A stretch of 64,000 nt of DNA from Candidatus Omnitrophota bacterium (GTDB lineage: Bacteria; Omnitrophota; Gorgyraeia; Zapsychrales; Zapsychraceae), in assembly GCA_021108075.1 (NCBI GenBank), contig JAIORP010000135.1:87938-151937 (forward strand), read 5' to 3'. The notes under the pieces are model-generated. The model saw only the letters and a list, made by a program, of their open reading frames with translations. It ran no database searches and was not told the DNA's origin. The position numbers and the translations under genes were made by a program. Below, piece after piece: positions 1-9,471 of this stretch. Positions within the stretch are counted from its first letter, which is position 1. Every line of letters begins with the position of its first letter.

Positions 1-26
1 ATTCACAAAACAGTCATTTCAACCAA

Positions 27-1979
27 TTGACCCTTCAAAAAAAGCAAATCTCTGAACTCAATAAAGAAAATGTCAACTTAGAATCTGAAAATAGCGACAT
101 GCAACGACAGATCAAATCCATACAACAGAGCAATAAAAACATCCTCCAGTCGGTAAAATCCAAAATGCTTGAAGATATCCGTTTTTTACAATCTGAGAAC
201 GACTCCTTACAGGAATCGCAGGACAAAAAATCGAACCAGGTCGCGAGGGATTCAGAAAAGACAATCAGCCAGTTAACGCAAAAACTGAAAAGTGCAAACA
301 TGTCGTTCGCGACGCAAAAAAAAGAAATGCAATCCATTCAAGAAAAAAATAAAAACATCCTCCAGTCGGTAAAATCCAAAATGCTTGAAGATATCCGTCT
401 TTTACAATCTGAGAACGACTCCTTACAGGAATCGCAGGACAAAAAATCGAACCAGGTCGCGAGGGATTCAGAAAAGACAATCAGCCAGTTAACGCAAAAA
501 CTGAAAAGTGCAAACATGTCGTTCGCGACGCAAAAAAAAGAAATGCAATCCATTCAAGAAAAAAATAAAAACATCCTCCAGTCGGTAAAATCCAAAATGC
601 TTGAAGATATCCGTCTTTTACAATCTGAGAACGACTCCTTACAGGAATCGCAGGACAAAAAATCGAACCAGGTCGCGAGGGATTCAGAAAAGACAATCAG
701 CCAGTTAACGCAAAAACTGAGCAAAGCCAACATATTCATATCGGAACAAAAAGAAAAAATACTGTCCATTCAACAAAAAAAAGATACCCTAAACAATGAT
801 ATCCGGCGATATGCAGAAAAAGAGCAACAATTACGCAAAAAAATTGCCCGGGTTCGAAAATCTATGGAGAATCAAAGCCAAGCTGTAAAAACTGAAATCG
901 ATAAAGCGAACAAACCCTTGCTTGAAAAAATCAACAACTACGAAACCAGGATAAAAAAGACTAAATCGATGGCAAACCTAAAATTGAAAGACATACAAGA
1001 AGATCTCCAGGCTCAAATATCAAACCTGAACAACAATCTCGATCAAGCCCGACACGTTGTTATCCAGAAAAATCATAAAATTGACGAATTGCACCAAAAT
1101 TTTACTGATATAAAAAATAAATTCGACCAGGGAGAAAACGATAAAAATCAAATCAATCAAAAGCTCCAATCGGCATTGAAGAAATTAAAATTAGACAAGT
1201 CCTCTTACCGTGAGCAGATAGACACCGAAAAAAAACCCCTTTTGGAAGAAATTGAACGGCTACGCGCGTCTTTCTCAAGCAAAGAGGCCCAGTGGCAAAA
1301 CAAAATTAAGGTAGAAATCAACCCATTACTGGAACAAATAAAAAAATTAGACAATGAACTCAATAGCAGCTCCCAAAAATTTCATGTTAAGGAACAAGAA
1401 ATACGTCAATTAAACGTGAAAAGCTCTGAAATGAAAAAAAATTTAACGGATCAGCGTTCCCTTCAAAACAAATTAGAGAATGAAATCAGTTCACTGCAGG
1501 ATAAATTTCTCCGGCAAAAAGACCGCACAAATCAATTGGTCCGCGAACGCGAATCGCCTTTACTTGAAAAAATTCAATCACTTCAAAATCAGTTAGAAAA
1601 ACAAAAAATAAACCCTCTGAAAAAAAATAAAAAGACATTAAAAGAGTACCAATCAAAAATCAACAAACTCCAAGCTCACCTGGATCAGACCAAAAAAATC
1701 TTAAACCAAAAATCAGACCAAAACAATTCTTTGGAATCTAAAATGAAAAAATTAAGCAATGAATTAAGTCTGATCTCCAAAGACAAAAAATCATTGCAAG
1801 ACACCTTACGCTCACTCGAAAATCAAATTTCTTCCCTACACACAGAGCACGCAATGAATATAAGGAAACAGAAAGAAAAAAGTATTCAGCTTGAACGCAA
1901 CTTATCACGGCAGCAAATTGACTATAAAGAAATATCTGAAGAAGTTACGAACGCCCTTGAACTCTTACAAGTACCATAA
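27..1979 (+). CDS. Coiled-coil protein with internal 72-aa tandem repeats. Probably 5'-partial: the frame is open to the window edge and 27 is a TTG.
   Basis: 650-aa ORF rich in Q/K/E/L heptad-like sequence (myosin/SMC-like). No stop upstream in frame back to nt 3. Three near-identical 72-aa units. Confidence 0.5.
   Translation: MTLQKKQISELNKENVNLESENSDMQRQIKSIQQSNKNILQSVKSKMLEDIRFLQSENDSLQESQDKKSNQVARDSEKTISQLTQKLKSANMSFATQKKEMQSIQEKNKNILQSVKSKMLEDIRLLQSENDSLQESQDKKSNQVARDSEKTISQLTQKLKSANMSFATQKKEMQSIQEKNKNILQSVKSKMLEDIRLLQSENDSLQESQDKKSNQVARDSEKTISQLTQKLSKANIFISEQKEKILSIQQKKDTLNNDIRRYAEKEQQLRKKIARVRKSMENQSQAVKTEIDKANKPLLEKINNYETRIKKTKSMANLKLKDIQEDLQAQISNLNNNLDQARHVVIQKNHKIDELHQNFTDIKNKFDQGENDKNQINQKLQSALKKLKLDKSSYREQIDTEKKPLLEEIERLRASFSSKEAQWQNKIKVEINPLLEQIKKLDNELNSSSQKFHVKEQEIRQLNVKSSEMKKNLTDQRSLQNKLENEISSLQDKFLRQKDRTNQLVRERESPLLEKIQSLQNQLEKQKINPLKKNKKTLKEYQSKINKLQAHLDQTKKILNQKSDQNNSLESKMKKLSNELSLISKDKKSLQDTLRSLENQISSLHTEHAMNIRKQKEKSIQLERNLSRQQIDYKEISEEVTNALELLQVP
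117..719 (+). repeat. Intragenic tandem repeat, 216-bp unit x about 2.8 copies. Copies 2 and 3 look identical; copy 1 differs at a few positions.
   Basis: Unit starts at 117, 333 and 549. Protein repeat SIQEKNKNILQSVKSKMLEDIRLLQSENDSLQESQDKKSNQVARDSEKTISQLTQKLKSANMSFATQKKEMQ. The mirror-image 71-aa ORFs on the - strand are a repeat artefact. Confidence 0.9.
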
Positions 1980-2260
1980 ATTATTAAACAACAAAAGCTT
2001 ACCAAAACAAACGCAAACAGCATCTAAACTGCTTCCGCCATCAGTTTAATAATTATCATTGTAACCGATACCATTCAAATGTTGCCATTATTTAACATTT
2101 CATAACATCCTCTCAGCCAAATAGGCCACAAATCCGTTCCGGCGACAAGCCCGGCATGACCAAATTATTGAAACGAGTTGTTCGCCCATTAGACCCCCTC
2201 AGCGTGCTGTATAATGGCCGACAAAAAATTTCTTCCTTCGATAAATTTTCTTGAATTGGC

Positions 2261-2289
2261 TTGACTAGCCATTTCCTTTAATATATTTT
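2261..2289 (+). promoter_or_regulatory. Candidate sigma70-type promoter for the downstream glycan operon
   Basis: TTGACT at 2261-2266, 17-nt spacer, TATTTT at 2284-2289. About 36 nt upstream of the 2325 start. An upstream TG+TATAAT element sits at 2208-2215. AT-rich region, so weak. Confidence 0.25.
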
Positions 2290-2324
2290 AAGTATAGTAT
2301 TATTACTATTAATAAAGGTTTACC

Positions 2325-3503
2325 ATGAATTTCATTTTATTGATCACAACGAAAATACGTGACCTGCTCCATATAAGAAACTTTAATATTATCATTACGA
2401 TCATCCCCATATTAACTTTTCTCCTGTTGCTGTATCTATATATCCTGACCCGTTATGAACATCTTATTAGCGCCATCGTATTTTGTCTGATTCCAGCCAT
2501 TTTCGCGTTTTTTTACGTCCTCATATTAACGCCTCTCGTTATCTTTATCGCTCAAAAAACAAAAATCATGGATCAAACCACTTGCCACGATCTTGACAAA
2601 AAACCGACACCCTTATTAGGCGGTGTGAGCCTGTATTTATCTTTTGTCCTTGTCGGATTGCTGTATTTACCTTTTACACCTCAATGGAAAAGCATTTTAA
2701 TCGCATCCTCAATTATTTTTGTTATCGGAACCATTGATGACATTCGGCCATTATCATCGACCATCAGACTTTTCGGACAAATTTCCGCATCTTTTATTAT
2801 TATGTCCAGTGGATTGATGGTTTCCTTTATGCCCGATAATTTCTGGGGATCAGTCGCTTCGGTCCTCATCACGCTTATTTGGATCCTGGGAATCATCAAT
2901 GCGACAAATTTTTCTGATGGAGTGGACGGATTAGCGGCCGGCATCATTGTCATCGCGGCCTTGTTCTTTTTCTTCATCACGTTGCACCTGGGGCAATATC
3001 ATGTTTCTTTAATTTGTACGATACTCATAGGTTGCGGAATGGGTTTTCTTGTTTTCAATTTTAAACCAGCAAAAATATATCTCGGTGATGGCGGAAGCAC
3101 ATTTTTGGGATTCCTCATTGCGTCAATCGCCCTCTATGGCGAATGGTCAAGCCGTGGCCCAATCATCGCGTTAGGGATACCTGTTCTTATCCTCGGCGTT
3201 CTCATTTTTGACATGATCTACATAACGTTTAGCCGTATTCGCAATGGTCACGTTAACAATTTTAAAGAGTGGCTTGACTATACAGGCCGCGATCATTTTC
3301 ATCATCGGCTTATAAACTTAGGATTCTCTGAAAAAAATTCTGTCATTTTCATCTACATCGTTTGCATTGTTTTAGGAATTAGCGCCTTACAAATAGAGAA
3401 CGCTCGCTTAAGTTATCCGGTCGTCATTCAATTAATTCAATCAACCTTAATTTTTCTCCTTATTATCATGCTTATGCTCATGGGGCGTAAATTATCAAAT
3501 TAA
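2325..3503 (+). CDS. Polyprenol-phosphate:HexNAc-1-phosphate transferase, glycosyltransferase family 4 (WecA/MraY/WbpL family). Initiating enzyme.
   Basis: Polytopic membrane protein with the MraY/WecA signature NATNFSDGVDGLAAG, a DDIRPLS motif and a C-terminal basic/His region. Confidence 0.85.
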   Translation: MNFILLITTKIRDLLHIRNFNIIITIIPILTFLLLLYLYILTRYEHLISAIVFCLIPAIFAFFYVLILTPLVIFIAQKTKIMDQTTCHDLDKKPTPLLGGVSLYLSFVLVGLLYLPFTPQWKSILIASSIIFVIGTIDDIRPLSSTIRLFGQISASFIIMSSGLMVSFMPDNFWGSVASVLITLIWILGIINATNFSDGVDGLAAGIIVIAALFFFFITLHLGQYHVSLICTILIGCGMGFLVFNFKPAKIYLGDGGSTFLGFLIASIALYGEWSSRGPIIALGIPVLILGVLIFDMIYITFSRIRNGHVNNFKEWLDYTGRDHFHHRLINLGFSEKNSVIFIYIVCIVLGISALQIENARLSYPVVIQLIQSTLIFLLIIMLMLMGRKLSN

Positions 3504-3507
3504 AGAC

Positions 3508-4566
3508 ATGGCTAAAACAATAAACACGCATAAAAAGGGATTCATTCTTTTTTTAGTTCTGATCGTTTTGATCAGCAATTTGCTAACTTTTTTCGTTTCT
3601 TTATACCAAACCGCATTGCTCGAACATAAAAACATACTTCAAAATATGCGCCACACCTTGGGTGAACTGCGGCGCATTGGTAGCGATTCCGATAACATTC
3701 CGACATCGATCAATCCTCCCTTTATCACGTATGTCATCGATCAAAAAGAAGGCACCTTCTTAGTCCCCAGAGCCGTTCCTTTTGTTCGAAAAAAAAAGGA
3801 TCTCTGGGACTATCATATGACAAAGCTCATCTACCAAATGCAAAAGCAAAAAGAAGGTGAGATCCATTACCCCAAGGAATCCGGTTTACGTGACTGGATA
3901 AAAGGCAATAATACCATCCTATTTACGACCCTGTCTGAGAAGGGATGGATCATCGCCATCGAGGTTTATATGGAAAGCCCCATACAAATTTTTAAATCAC
4001 GGATCAACAAAACACTCATTCTCAATGTTTTATCCATTTTATTTTTTTCCGCTCTCTTAATGGTGCTCTTTGTAAACCGTAAATTAATTGTTTTAAGTAA
4101 ACTCATCTCTGACAATCTAGAAAGCGGATTAGTTCAGATGAATACCGCATCTGAATGGTCTGAGTCCATGATCAAACAGGACCCGACGCCTGAGATTGAG
4201 CCCGGGTCATCAGAAATAAACATCGTCCCGACTGATCACGTTCTTAACATTGAATTATCACAAAACATCGAAAAACCTGATGACACGACAGCACCACTGG
4301 GGTTGACGCTGAATTCTCCTCAGGCAAGCTCACCGCTATCAGATGCAGAGACAGAAAATTCTTTTGAACCGCAACTTCAAATAAAAACAAAACCGACTCA
4401 AAGGATTGCTCATCCGGCTAAACCTAAACCAAAGAAAAAATTACGTAAAAATATTTCTCAAAGAACCAAATCAGGACCGGACTATAATGATTTGACACTC
4501 AACTTGCAGGAGATCAAATCCCCCGTTCTAAAAAAAATGATCAACAAAATTCGAAATAATAAATAA
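3508..4566 (+). CDS. Hypothetical bitopic/double-TM protein with a disordered S/P/E-rich and basic C-terminal tail
   Basis: Predicted TM helices near aa 10-35 and 170-195. About 130 aa lie between them (possible periplasmic domain). No recognisable catalytic motif. Confidence 0.4.
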   Translation: MAKTINTHKKGFILFLVLIVLISNLLTFFVSLYQTALLEHKNILQNMRHTLGELRRIGSDSDNIPTSINPPFITYVIDQKEGTFLVPRAVPFVRKKKDLWDYHMTKLIYQMQKQKEGEIHYPKESGLRDWIKGNNTILFTTLSEKGWIIAIEVYMESPIQIFKSRINKTLILNVLSILFFSALLMVLFVNRKLIVLSKLISDNLESGLVQMNTASEWSESMIKQDPTPEIEPGSSEINIVPTDHVLNIELSQNIEKPDDTTAPLGLTLNSPQASSPLSDAETENSFEPQLQIKTKPTQRIAHPAKPKPKKKLRKNISQRTKSGPDYNDLTLNLQEIKSPVLKKMINKIRNNK

Positions 4567-4575
4567 AGGCTAAAT

Positions 4576-5397
4576 ATGTATACAGAATATTGGGGATTGC
4601 GGGAAAAGCCGTTTGAATTAACGCCTGATCCGCGCTATGTGTACTATTCCAGAGAACATGAAGAGGCGCTAACAGGACTTTTTTATACGGTACAGGAGCT
4701 TAAAGGCGCTATGCTGTTAACAGGATTATATGGATGCGGGAAGACGATCCTTAGCCGCGTCTTTCTGAATGAACTCATTGGATCAAAATACGAAGTTGCC
4801 TTAATCACGAATCCTCGCTTAACGGCCAATGAGTTATTAACAGAAATGATTTACCAACTAGGCGGTGGTCTTCACGAAACAGCCTCAAAAGGTGAATTGC
4901 TCCGCATATTCAATGAATTAATTTATTCGAACATCAATATCGGTAAAGAAACAATCATCGTCATTGATGAAGCCCAGTCCATTGAAGACATCGAAACATT
5001 TGAAGAATTACGATTACTACTAAACTTTCAGCAAAATGACCGTTTTCTGCTAACCATGATCCTGATTGGACAATCGGATCTCCGCAAACGTTTGAAACAA
5101 CTGCCCCAATTGAAACAACGGCTCATGATTGACTATCACCTAAACCCGTTAGATGAGCAAGACGCTATCCGATATATCGAACACCGCTTAAATATCGCTG
5201 GCGCGCAAAACAAAATATTTGACTTGAAAGCGAAAAAAATGATGTACCGTCAATCGAGTGGAATCCCGCGCGTCATTAACGGCATAGCCGACATGGCTTT
5301 GTTTGAAGGGGCGAATCAGGAGACGAAATTGATTGATGACCAATTGATCTTGAAAATTTCAAAAAATTTACAGTTTGAAAAACCGCAAAGAATATAA
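4576..5397 (+). CDS. ExeA/GspA-like AAA+ ATPase (the putative secretion ATPase type found in PEP-CTERM EPS loci)
   Basis: Walker A GLYGCGKT and Walker B IVIDEAQ. Size and N-terminal YWGLREKPF motif are typical of ExeA-like ATPases. Confidence 0.75.
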   Translation: MYTEYWGLREKPFELTPDPRYVYYSREHEEALTGLFYTVQELKGAMLLTGLYGCGKTILSRVFLNELIGSKYEVALITNPRLTANELLTEMIYQLGGGLHETASKGELLRIFNELIYSNINIGKETIIVIDEAQSIEDIETFEELRLLLNFQQNDRFLLTMILIGQSDLRKRLKQLPQLKQRLMIDYHLNPLDEQDAIRYIEHRLNIAGAQNKIFDLKAKKMMYRQSSGIPRVINGIADMALFEGANQETKLIDDQLILKISKNLQFEKPQRI

Positions 5398-5404
5398 AAA
5401 TATT

Positions 5405-6352
5405 ATGCCGGCAAAAAAACCTGAAAATCAAAAAAACAAATCCTCCTCACCAGCAGCGTTGTACATTGAGTTATTTGAGACTGTCCGCGACACATTAACG
5501 AAATCTATTAATAAGACGCAAATTGAGGACATCATTTCCAGAATCACCGGCCATTTCATGAAGTGGCCGTATAATGACCTGCTGCTATATACGTATACTT
5601 ACTCAAAATCAAACTACATTATGGCACACATTTCCAACAATGTTATCTTGAGCATCGGATTTGGTCATAACATCGGTTTATCGCAGGATGATCTTATTGA
5701 ATTAGGAACATGCGCTTTTTGTCATGATTTCGGAATGGCTGAATACATTCACCTTTTTCAAAAAGGCCACCAGCTAACAGAAGAAGAAAATAAAATGATT
5801 AAGAATCACCCCCGAAAATCAGCGGACTTTTTTAAAGACCTGTATTCAGACAGAATCATTAAAGTCATGCTCGACGTCCATGAAAATGTAAACGGTTTGG
5901 GTTATCCCAGCGGGAAATCAGGCATAGAAATTTCTTTTTTTGCGAAAATCATTTCGATCTGTGATGTCTTTGAAGCCTTAACGCATCCCCGCAATTTTCG
6001 CAAAGAATTCAACCCCTATGAAGCTATTAAAATTATCATCAAGAAAAAAAATATCATCTTTGACGACAAAGTCTTAAAAAAATTTGTGGAATTTATGTCC
6101 ATCTATCCCATTGGTTCCATCGTCTACCTGAATACCGGAGAGATCGCCATTGTCACAGCCAGCAACAAAGGCTACCCAACACGGTCCATCGTTCAAATAT
6201 TGTTAAACCCAAAAAAAGAAATTGATAAAAACCACCGCACGATTGACCTCCTGAAAGACGATATGGTTTATATCATCGCACCGGTTGAACCAAAAATTGA
6301 AAAAGAAATCATTCAAGTCCTTAAACCGAGAGGGAACTTTAACCTTCAATAA
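5405..6352 (+). CDS. HD-GYP domain protein (putative c-di-GMP phosphodiesterase or sensor)
   Basis: HD motif CHDFGM and HENVNGLGYPSG (HHExxDGxGYP-like). The track start 5375 is a TTG overlapping the upstream gene; ATG at 5405 preferred. Confidence 0.6.
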   Translation: MPAKKPENQKNKSSSPAALYIELFETVRDTLTKSINKTQIEDIISRITGHFMKWPYNDLLLYTYTYSKSNYIMAHISNNVILSIGFGHNIGLSQDDLIELGTCAFCHDFGMAEYIHLFQKGHQLTEEENKMIKNHPRKSADFFKDLYSDRIIKVMLDVHENVNGLGYPSGKSGIEISFFAKIISICDVFEALTHPRNFRKEFNPYEAIKIIIKKKNIIFDDKVLKKFVEFMSIYPIGSIVYLNTGEIAIVTASNKGYPTRSIVQILLNPKKEIDKNHRTIDLLKDDMVYIIAPVEPKIEKEIIQVLKPRGNFNLQ

Positions 6353-6358
6353 AACCTC

Positions 6359-7168
6359 ATGAAAAAGACCATATTTCTAATTCTAATCATACTGCTTTCA
6401 AGCATTCTGCCTCCTTCCGGATGGGGGCAGTCGTCCCGCGACTTTTATATTGAAGAACATCAAAAATCCATTATGAACGAGACCCCGGCGGGACAGGATC
6501 AAAGGACATCGTCAAACAACGCTAAATACAAAAGTGAAGAAGATTTAATCATTCGACAACTCGAAATTATAACAGGCGATGAAGAAACTCGTTATATCAT
6601 CGTGCCTGGAGACACATTGTCCATCTATTACAATGACCGTAACAAACGGCCAGGAGCAGCTTATGTCGTCAACAGCAAAGGTGAAATTCAAATGCCGCTC
6701 ATTGGAGCTGTAAAAATTTCAGGACTGAACAGAAAGGACTCCCGCGAGAAGACAAATGAACTCCTCAGCCAATATATCCGCAAACCGGACGTCGACCTAC
6801 GCATCAATGTTGCTGGTCGATTCATGGTGATCGGGGCGGTACACACCCCGGGTGTGTACCGCATCGAACAAAACCTGACCATTTTAGAAGCGATATACAA
6901 TGCGAGAGGGCCTGTTGAAAATAAAGCAAAAATGAATAGTGTCCTGCTCATCAGAGGAGGGAAGGACAACCCGGTTATCACCCGGCTGGATTTAAAAAAA
7001 GTGCTAAAAAAAGGCGATCAAACTGACAACGTCTTACTTAAGCCAGGTGACATGGTTTTTGTTCCGACATCATTTATTTTTCACTTAGATCAATTCCAGA
7101 AAACCATGTACCGGCACATTCTAACCTATTATGGATTAGGTGGCACGGTACCGCTAAAAAATCCTTAG
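6359..7168 (+). CDS. Polysaccharide export protein, OPX family (Wza/GumB-like: Poly_export + SLBB)
   Basis: Signal peptide, then IVPGDTLSIYY...GEIQMPLIGAVKISGL Poly_export motif, followed by an SLBB-like region. Confidence 0.75.
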   Translation: MKKTIFLILIILLSSILPPSGWGQSSRDFYIEEHQKSIMNETPAGQDQRTSSNNAKYKSEEDLIIRQLEIITGDEETRYIIVPGDTLSIYYNDRNKRPGAAYVVNSKGEIQMPLIGAVKISGLNRKDSREKTNELLSQYIRKPDVDLRINVAGRFMVIGAVHTPGVYRIEQNLTILEAIYNARGPVENKAKMNSVLLIRGGKDNPVITRLDLKKVLKKGDQTDNVLLKPGDMVFVPTSFIFHLDQFQKTMYRHILTYYGLGGTVPLKNP

Positions 7169-7192
7169 TGATTATGTCGTTCTTATAATATT

Positions 7193-9460
7193 ATGGAAAA
7201 TCCCGAAATCACCTTATCAGAATATTGGCGAATCATACGGAAACGAAAATGGACCATCATTTCAGTCTTCATTACTGTCTTCCTTTCGACCGTTATCTTC
7301 ACAAAATTGCAAACACCGGTCTATCATTCCGCGATTGAAATCAAAATAGAAAAACAGCAACCGTTGTTAGCAGATAGCACGACAGGGGCCCTGACGGTCC
7401 AGACAGGTGCGGCTTTAAACTTAGCGACAGAAATCCGATTAATTAAGAGTTTACCCGTATTGCGCAAAGTTGTTGAGAAAATTGAAGTCCTGCCTCCAAC
7501 GGGCGAAGAGAGAGAAAATGCCATCCATTCAATCGCGTTACAGTACCAAAAAAACGTTCAAGCTGATCAGATTGCCGATACCAATATCATCAATATTCAA
7601 GTCTTTTCCAACGACCCCCAAACAGCAACGCTCATGGCCTCAGCTATAGCGGATGTCTATATTGTGGAAAACATCGAAGGCCGCAAAAAACAACTCAAAG
7701 CCATGATTGAATTTATTGACAAACAACTGACAGCCTACAAAAAATCCCTCGCCGATCAAGAATCCGATTTACAAAAATTCAAACAGAATGAAAAGGTTTT
7801 TGAAGTCACACCGGATATCAAAGCTACGCTTGATCGGTCAACAATTGAAGGAACATTTGAATTTGAGACAGAAATGCTTAAGATCGACTCCGACCTCAAA
7901 AAGTTAAAAAAAGTTTTGCAAAATAAATCTGAAACAAATATGGGACAAATCATTTCAGAAAAAAACCTATCAGAAAACTATATTTTTGTCGGGCTGAAGA
8001 GACGTCTGTTAGAACTTGAATTCGAACGGTTCTTGCTATTGATTGACTATACGGAACGTCACCCTGACGTTGTTATTAAAAATCAAATCATCGGAAATAT
8101 CAAAGAAAAAATTGTTATTATGTTAAAAAACTTTTCATCTATACCCATTACCCTTGAGGTAGAAACAGATTTGGCGCTCTACATAAAAAAACTGTTCCTC
8201 GAAACGAGAAGAGAAGTCCTCTACCGCATTGTTAACCGTTTCTATGGTGACTCCGGGTCCCTGTCATCCAACCAATTGCAGTACGTCCGTTTAAAACGAA
8301 ATGTCGACCGGTTGCTCAATTCTTACGATAATTTTCTAAACAAAAGGACCGAAGCCCGGCTTGACTTATCCAAGGTTATTGATGACGTTGTGACCGTCGT
8401 CTCTCCCGCCACTAAACCCGAGACCCCCATTAAACCGAATGCAAGGGTCAATTATCTCGTAGCAACCGCTGTGGGCATTCTTTTAGGAATATTGATCGCG
8501 TTCTTGAAGGAAAGTGTCGATACATCCGTATCCACGATCTCTGACGTTGAACAGGATTTAAAACTGAATATCCTCGGTATTGTTCCACACATGAAAAAAG
8601 AAGAGGTCCTCACTGGTAAGGAGGATCTGCCTGAAGGGCATATCACAAAAAAAATGATCTTACAACGGGCCCGTCTGGTAACGATAACATCCCCTAAATC
8701 CTGGCACTCTGAAAGCATCAAGATGATCCGCACAAATTTGATGCAACTGAATAAAAACAAAAACATCAAATGCGTCCTGTTCACTAGCTCGGATAAACAG
8801 GAAGGGAAGTCAACGATGGTGACAAATCTGGCCTTATCCATTGCTCAGCTAGGCAAAAAAATTATTCTGGTTGGCGGGAACATGCGCCGGCCGACCGTAT
8901 ATAAAATTTTTGGGCTCAATCGCGAACCAGGGCTGTCGGACGTGCTGATGGGTAATACCAAATGGAAAAATGTTGTCAACACCTCAACGGACATACTGAC
9001 TGGCGGACTGAATGTTGATCAATTATTGCATATGCCCGGCATCGATAACTTGAGTGTCTTAACATGTGGGCGCCCGGTCGATAATGTCTCTGAACTCCTC
9101 AACTCAAAAGATCTGGACCTCTTGTTAAAAGAATTACGATCAGAATTTGATATCATTATCATGGATTGCTCTCCTGTTATGGCCGTTCCGGATGCCATCA
9201 CGCTTTCAGACAAAGTCGATGGAATGGTCTTAATATATAAGGTTGGCCATACCCCGAAAGATGTTCTCAAAATGGCCAAAAACAACCTGACACACGCCAA
9301 TGCCAATATATTGGGTGTTGTGCTCAACGACATTAAAACAGAAGCCCAGGTCGGGTATTCGGCTTATTACTACCGCTACTATAGCGAAACCGGCAGCAAA
9401 CCGCAAAAAAAACCAACACCTCCATCAAAAAGTGGCAATAAAAATATTTTTAATATTTAG
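7193..9460 (+). CDS. Polysaccharide co-polymerase / chain-length determinant fused to a BY-kinase domain (Wzc-like tyrosine autokinase)
   Basis: N-terminal TM + Wzz-like coiled region, second TM near aa 420. C-terminal P-loop SSDKQEGKSTMVTNLA (Walker A'), DxD Walker B. Tyrosine cluster SAYYYRYY near the C-terminus. Confidence 0.8.
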   Translation: MENPEITLSEYWRIIRKRKWTIISVFITVFLSTVIFTKLQTPVYHSAIEIKIEKQQPLLADSTTGALTVQTGAALNLATEIRLIKSLPVLRKVVEKIEVLPPTGEERENAIHSIALQYQKNVQADQIADTNIINIQVFSNDPQTATLMASAIADVYIVENIEGRKKQLKAMIEFIDKQLTAYKKSLADQESDLQKFKQNEKVFEVTPDIKATLDRSTIEGTFEFETEMLKIDSDLKKLKKVLQNKSETNMGQIISEKNLSENYIFVGLKRRLLELEFERFLLLIDYTERHPDVVIKNQIIGNIKEKIVIMLKNFSSIPITLEVETDLALYIKKLFLETRREVLYRIVNRFYGDSGSLSSNQLQYVRLKRNVDRLLNSYDNFLNKRTEARLDLSKVIDDVVTVVSPATKPETPIKPNARVNYLVATAVGILLGILIAFLKESVDTSVSTISDVEQDLKLNILGIVPHMKKEEVLTGKEDLPEGHITKKMILQRARLVTITSPKSWHSESIKMIRTNLMQLNKNKNIKCVLFTSSDKQEGKSTMVTNLALSIAQLGKKIILVGGNMRRPTVYKIFGLNREPGLSDVLMGNTKWKNVVNTSTDILTGGLNVDQLLHMPGIDNLSVLTCGRPVDNVSELLNSKDLDLLLKELRSEFDIIIMDCSPVMAVPDAITLSDKVDGMVLIYKVGHTPKDVLKMAKNNLTHANANILGVVLNDIKTEAQVGYSAYYYRYYSETGSKPQKKPTPPSKSGNKNIFNI

Positions 9461-9471
9461 AGAGTCTTAGC

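Noticed and set aside
35-769. Five minus-strand ORFs of 71-100 aa (35-337, 265-480, 338-553, 481-696, 554-769), with identical pairs
   Set aside because: They are antisense reading frames through the 216-bp tandem repeat of the coiled-coil gene. Their Cys/Phe-rich sequences and perfect periodicity are repeat artefacts, not genes.
846-860. tRNA T-arm-like GGGTTCGAAAATC
   Set aside because: It lies inside the coiled-coil CDS with no cloverleaf context (no acceptor or anticodon stems). No tRNA or rRNA genes were found in the window.
2681-2980. 99-aa minus-strand ORF inside the WecA-family gene. Similar antisense ORFs occur at 6688-6981, 8452-8841, 9019-9333, 12265-12501, 35450-35815, 57677-58174, 59781-60260 and elsewhere.
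   Set aside because: All are fully embedded antisense or out-of-frame within strongly supported CDSs and have no motifs. They are typical six-frame noise.
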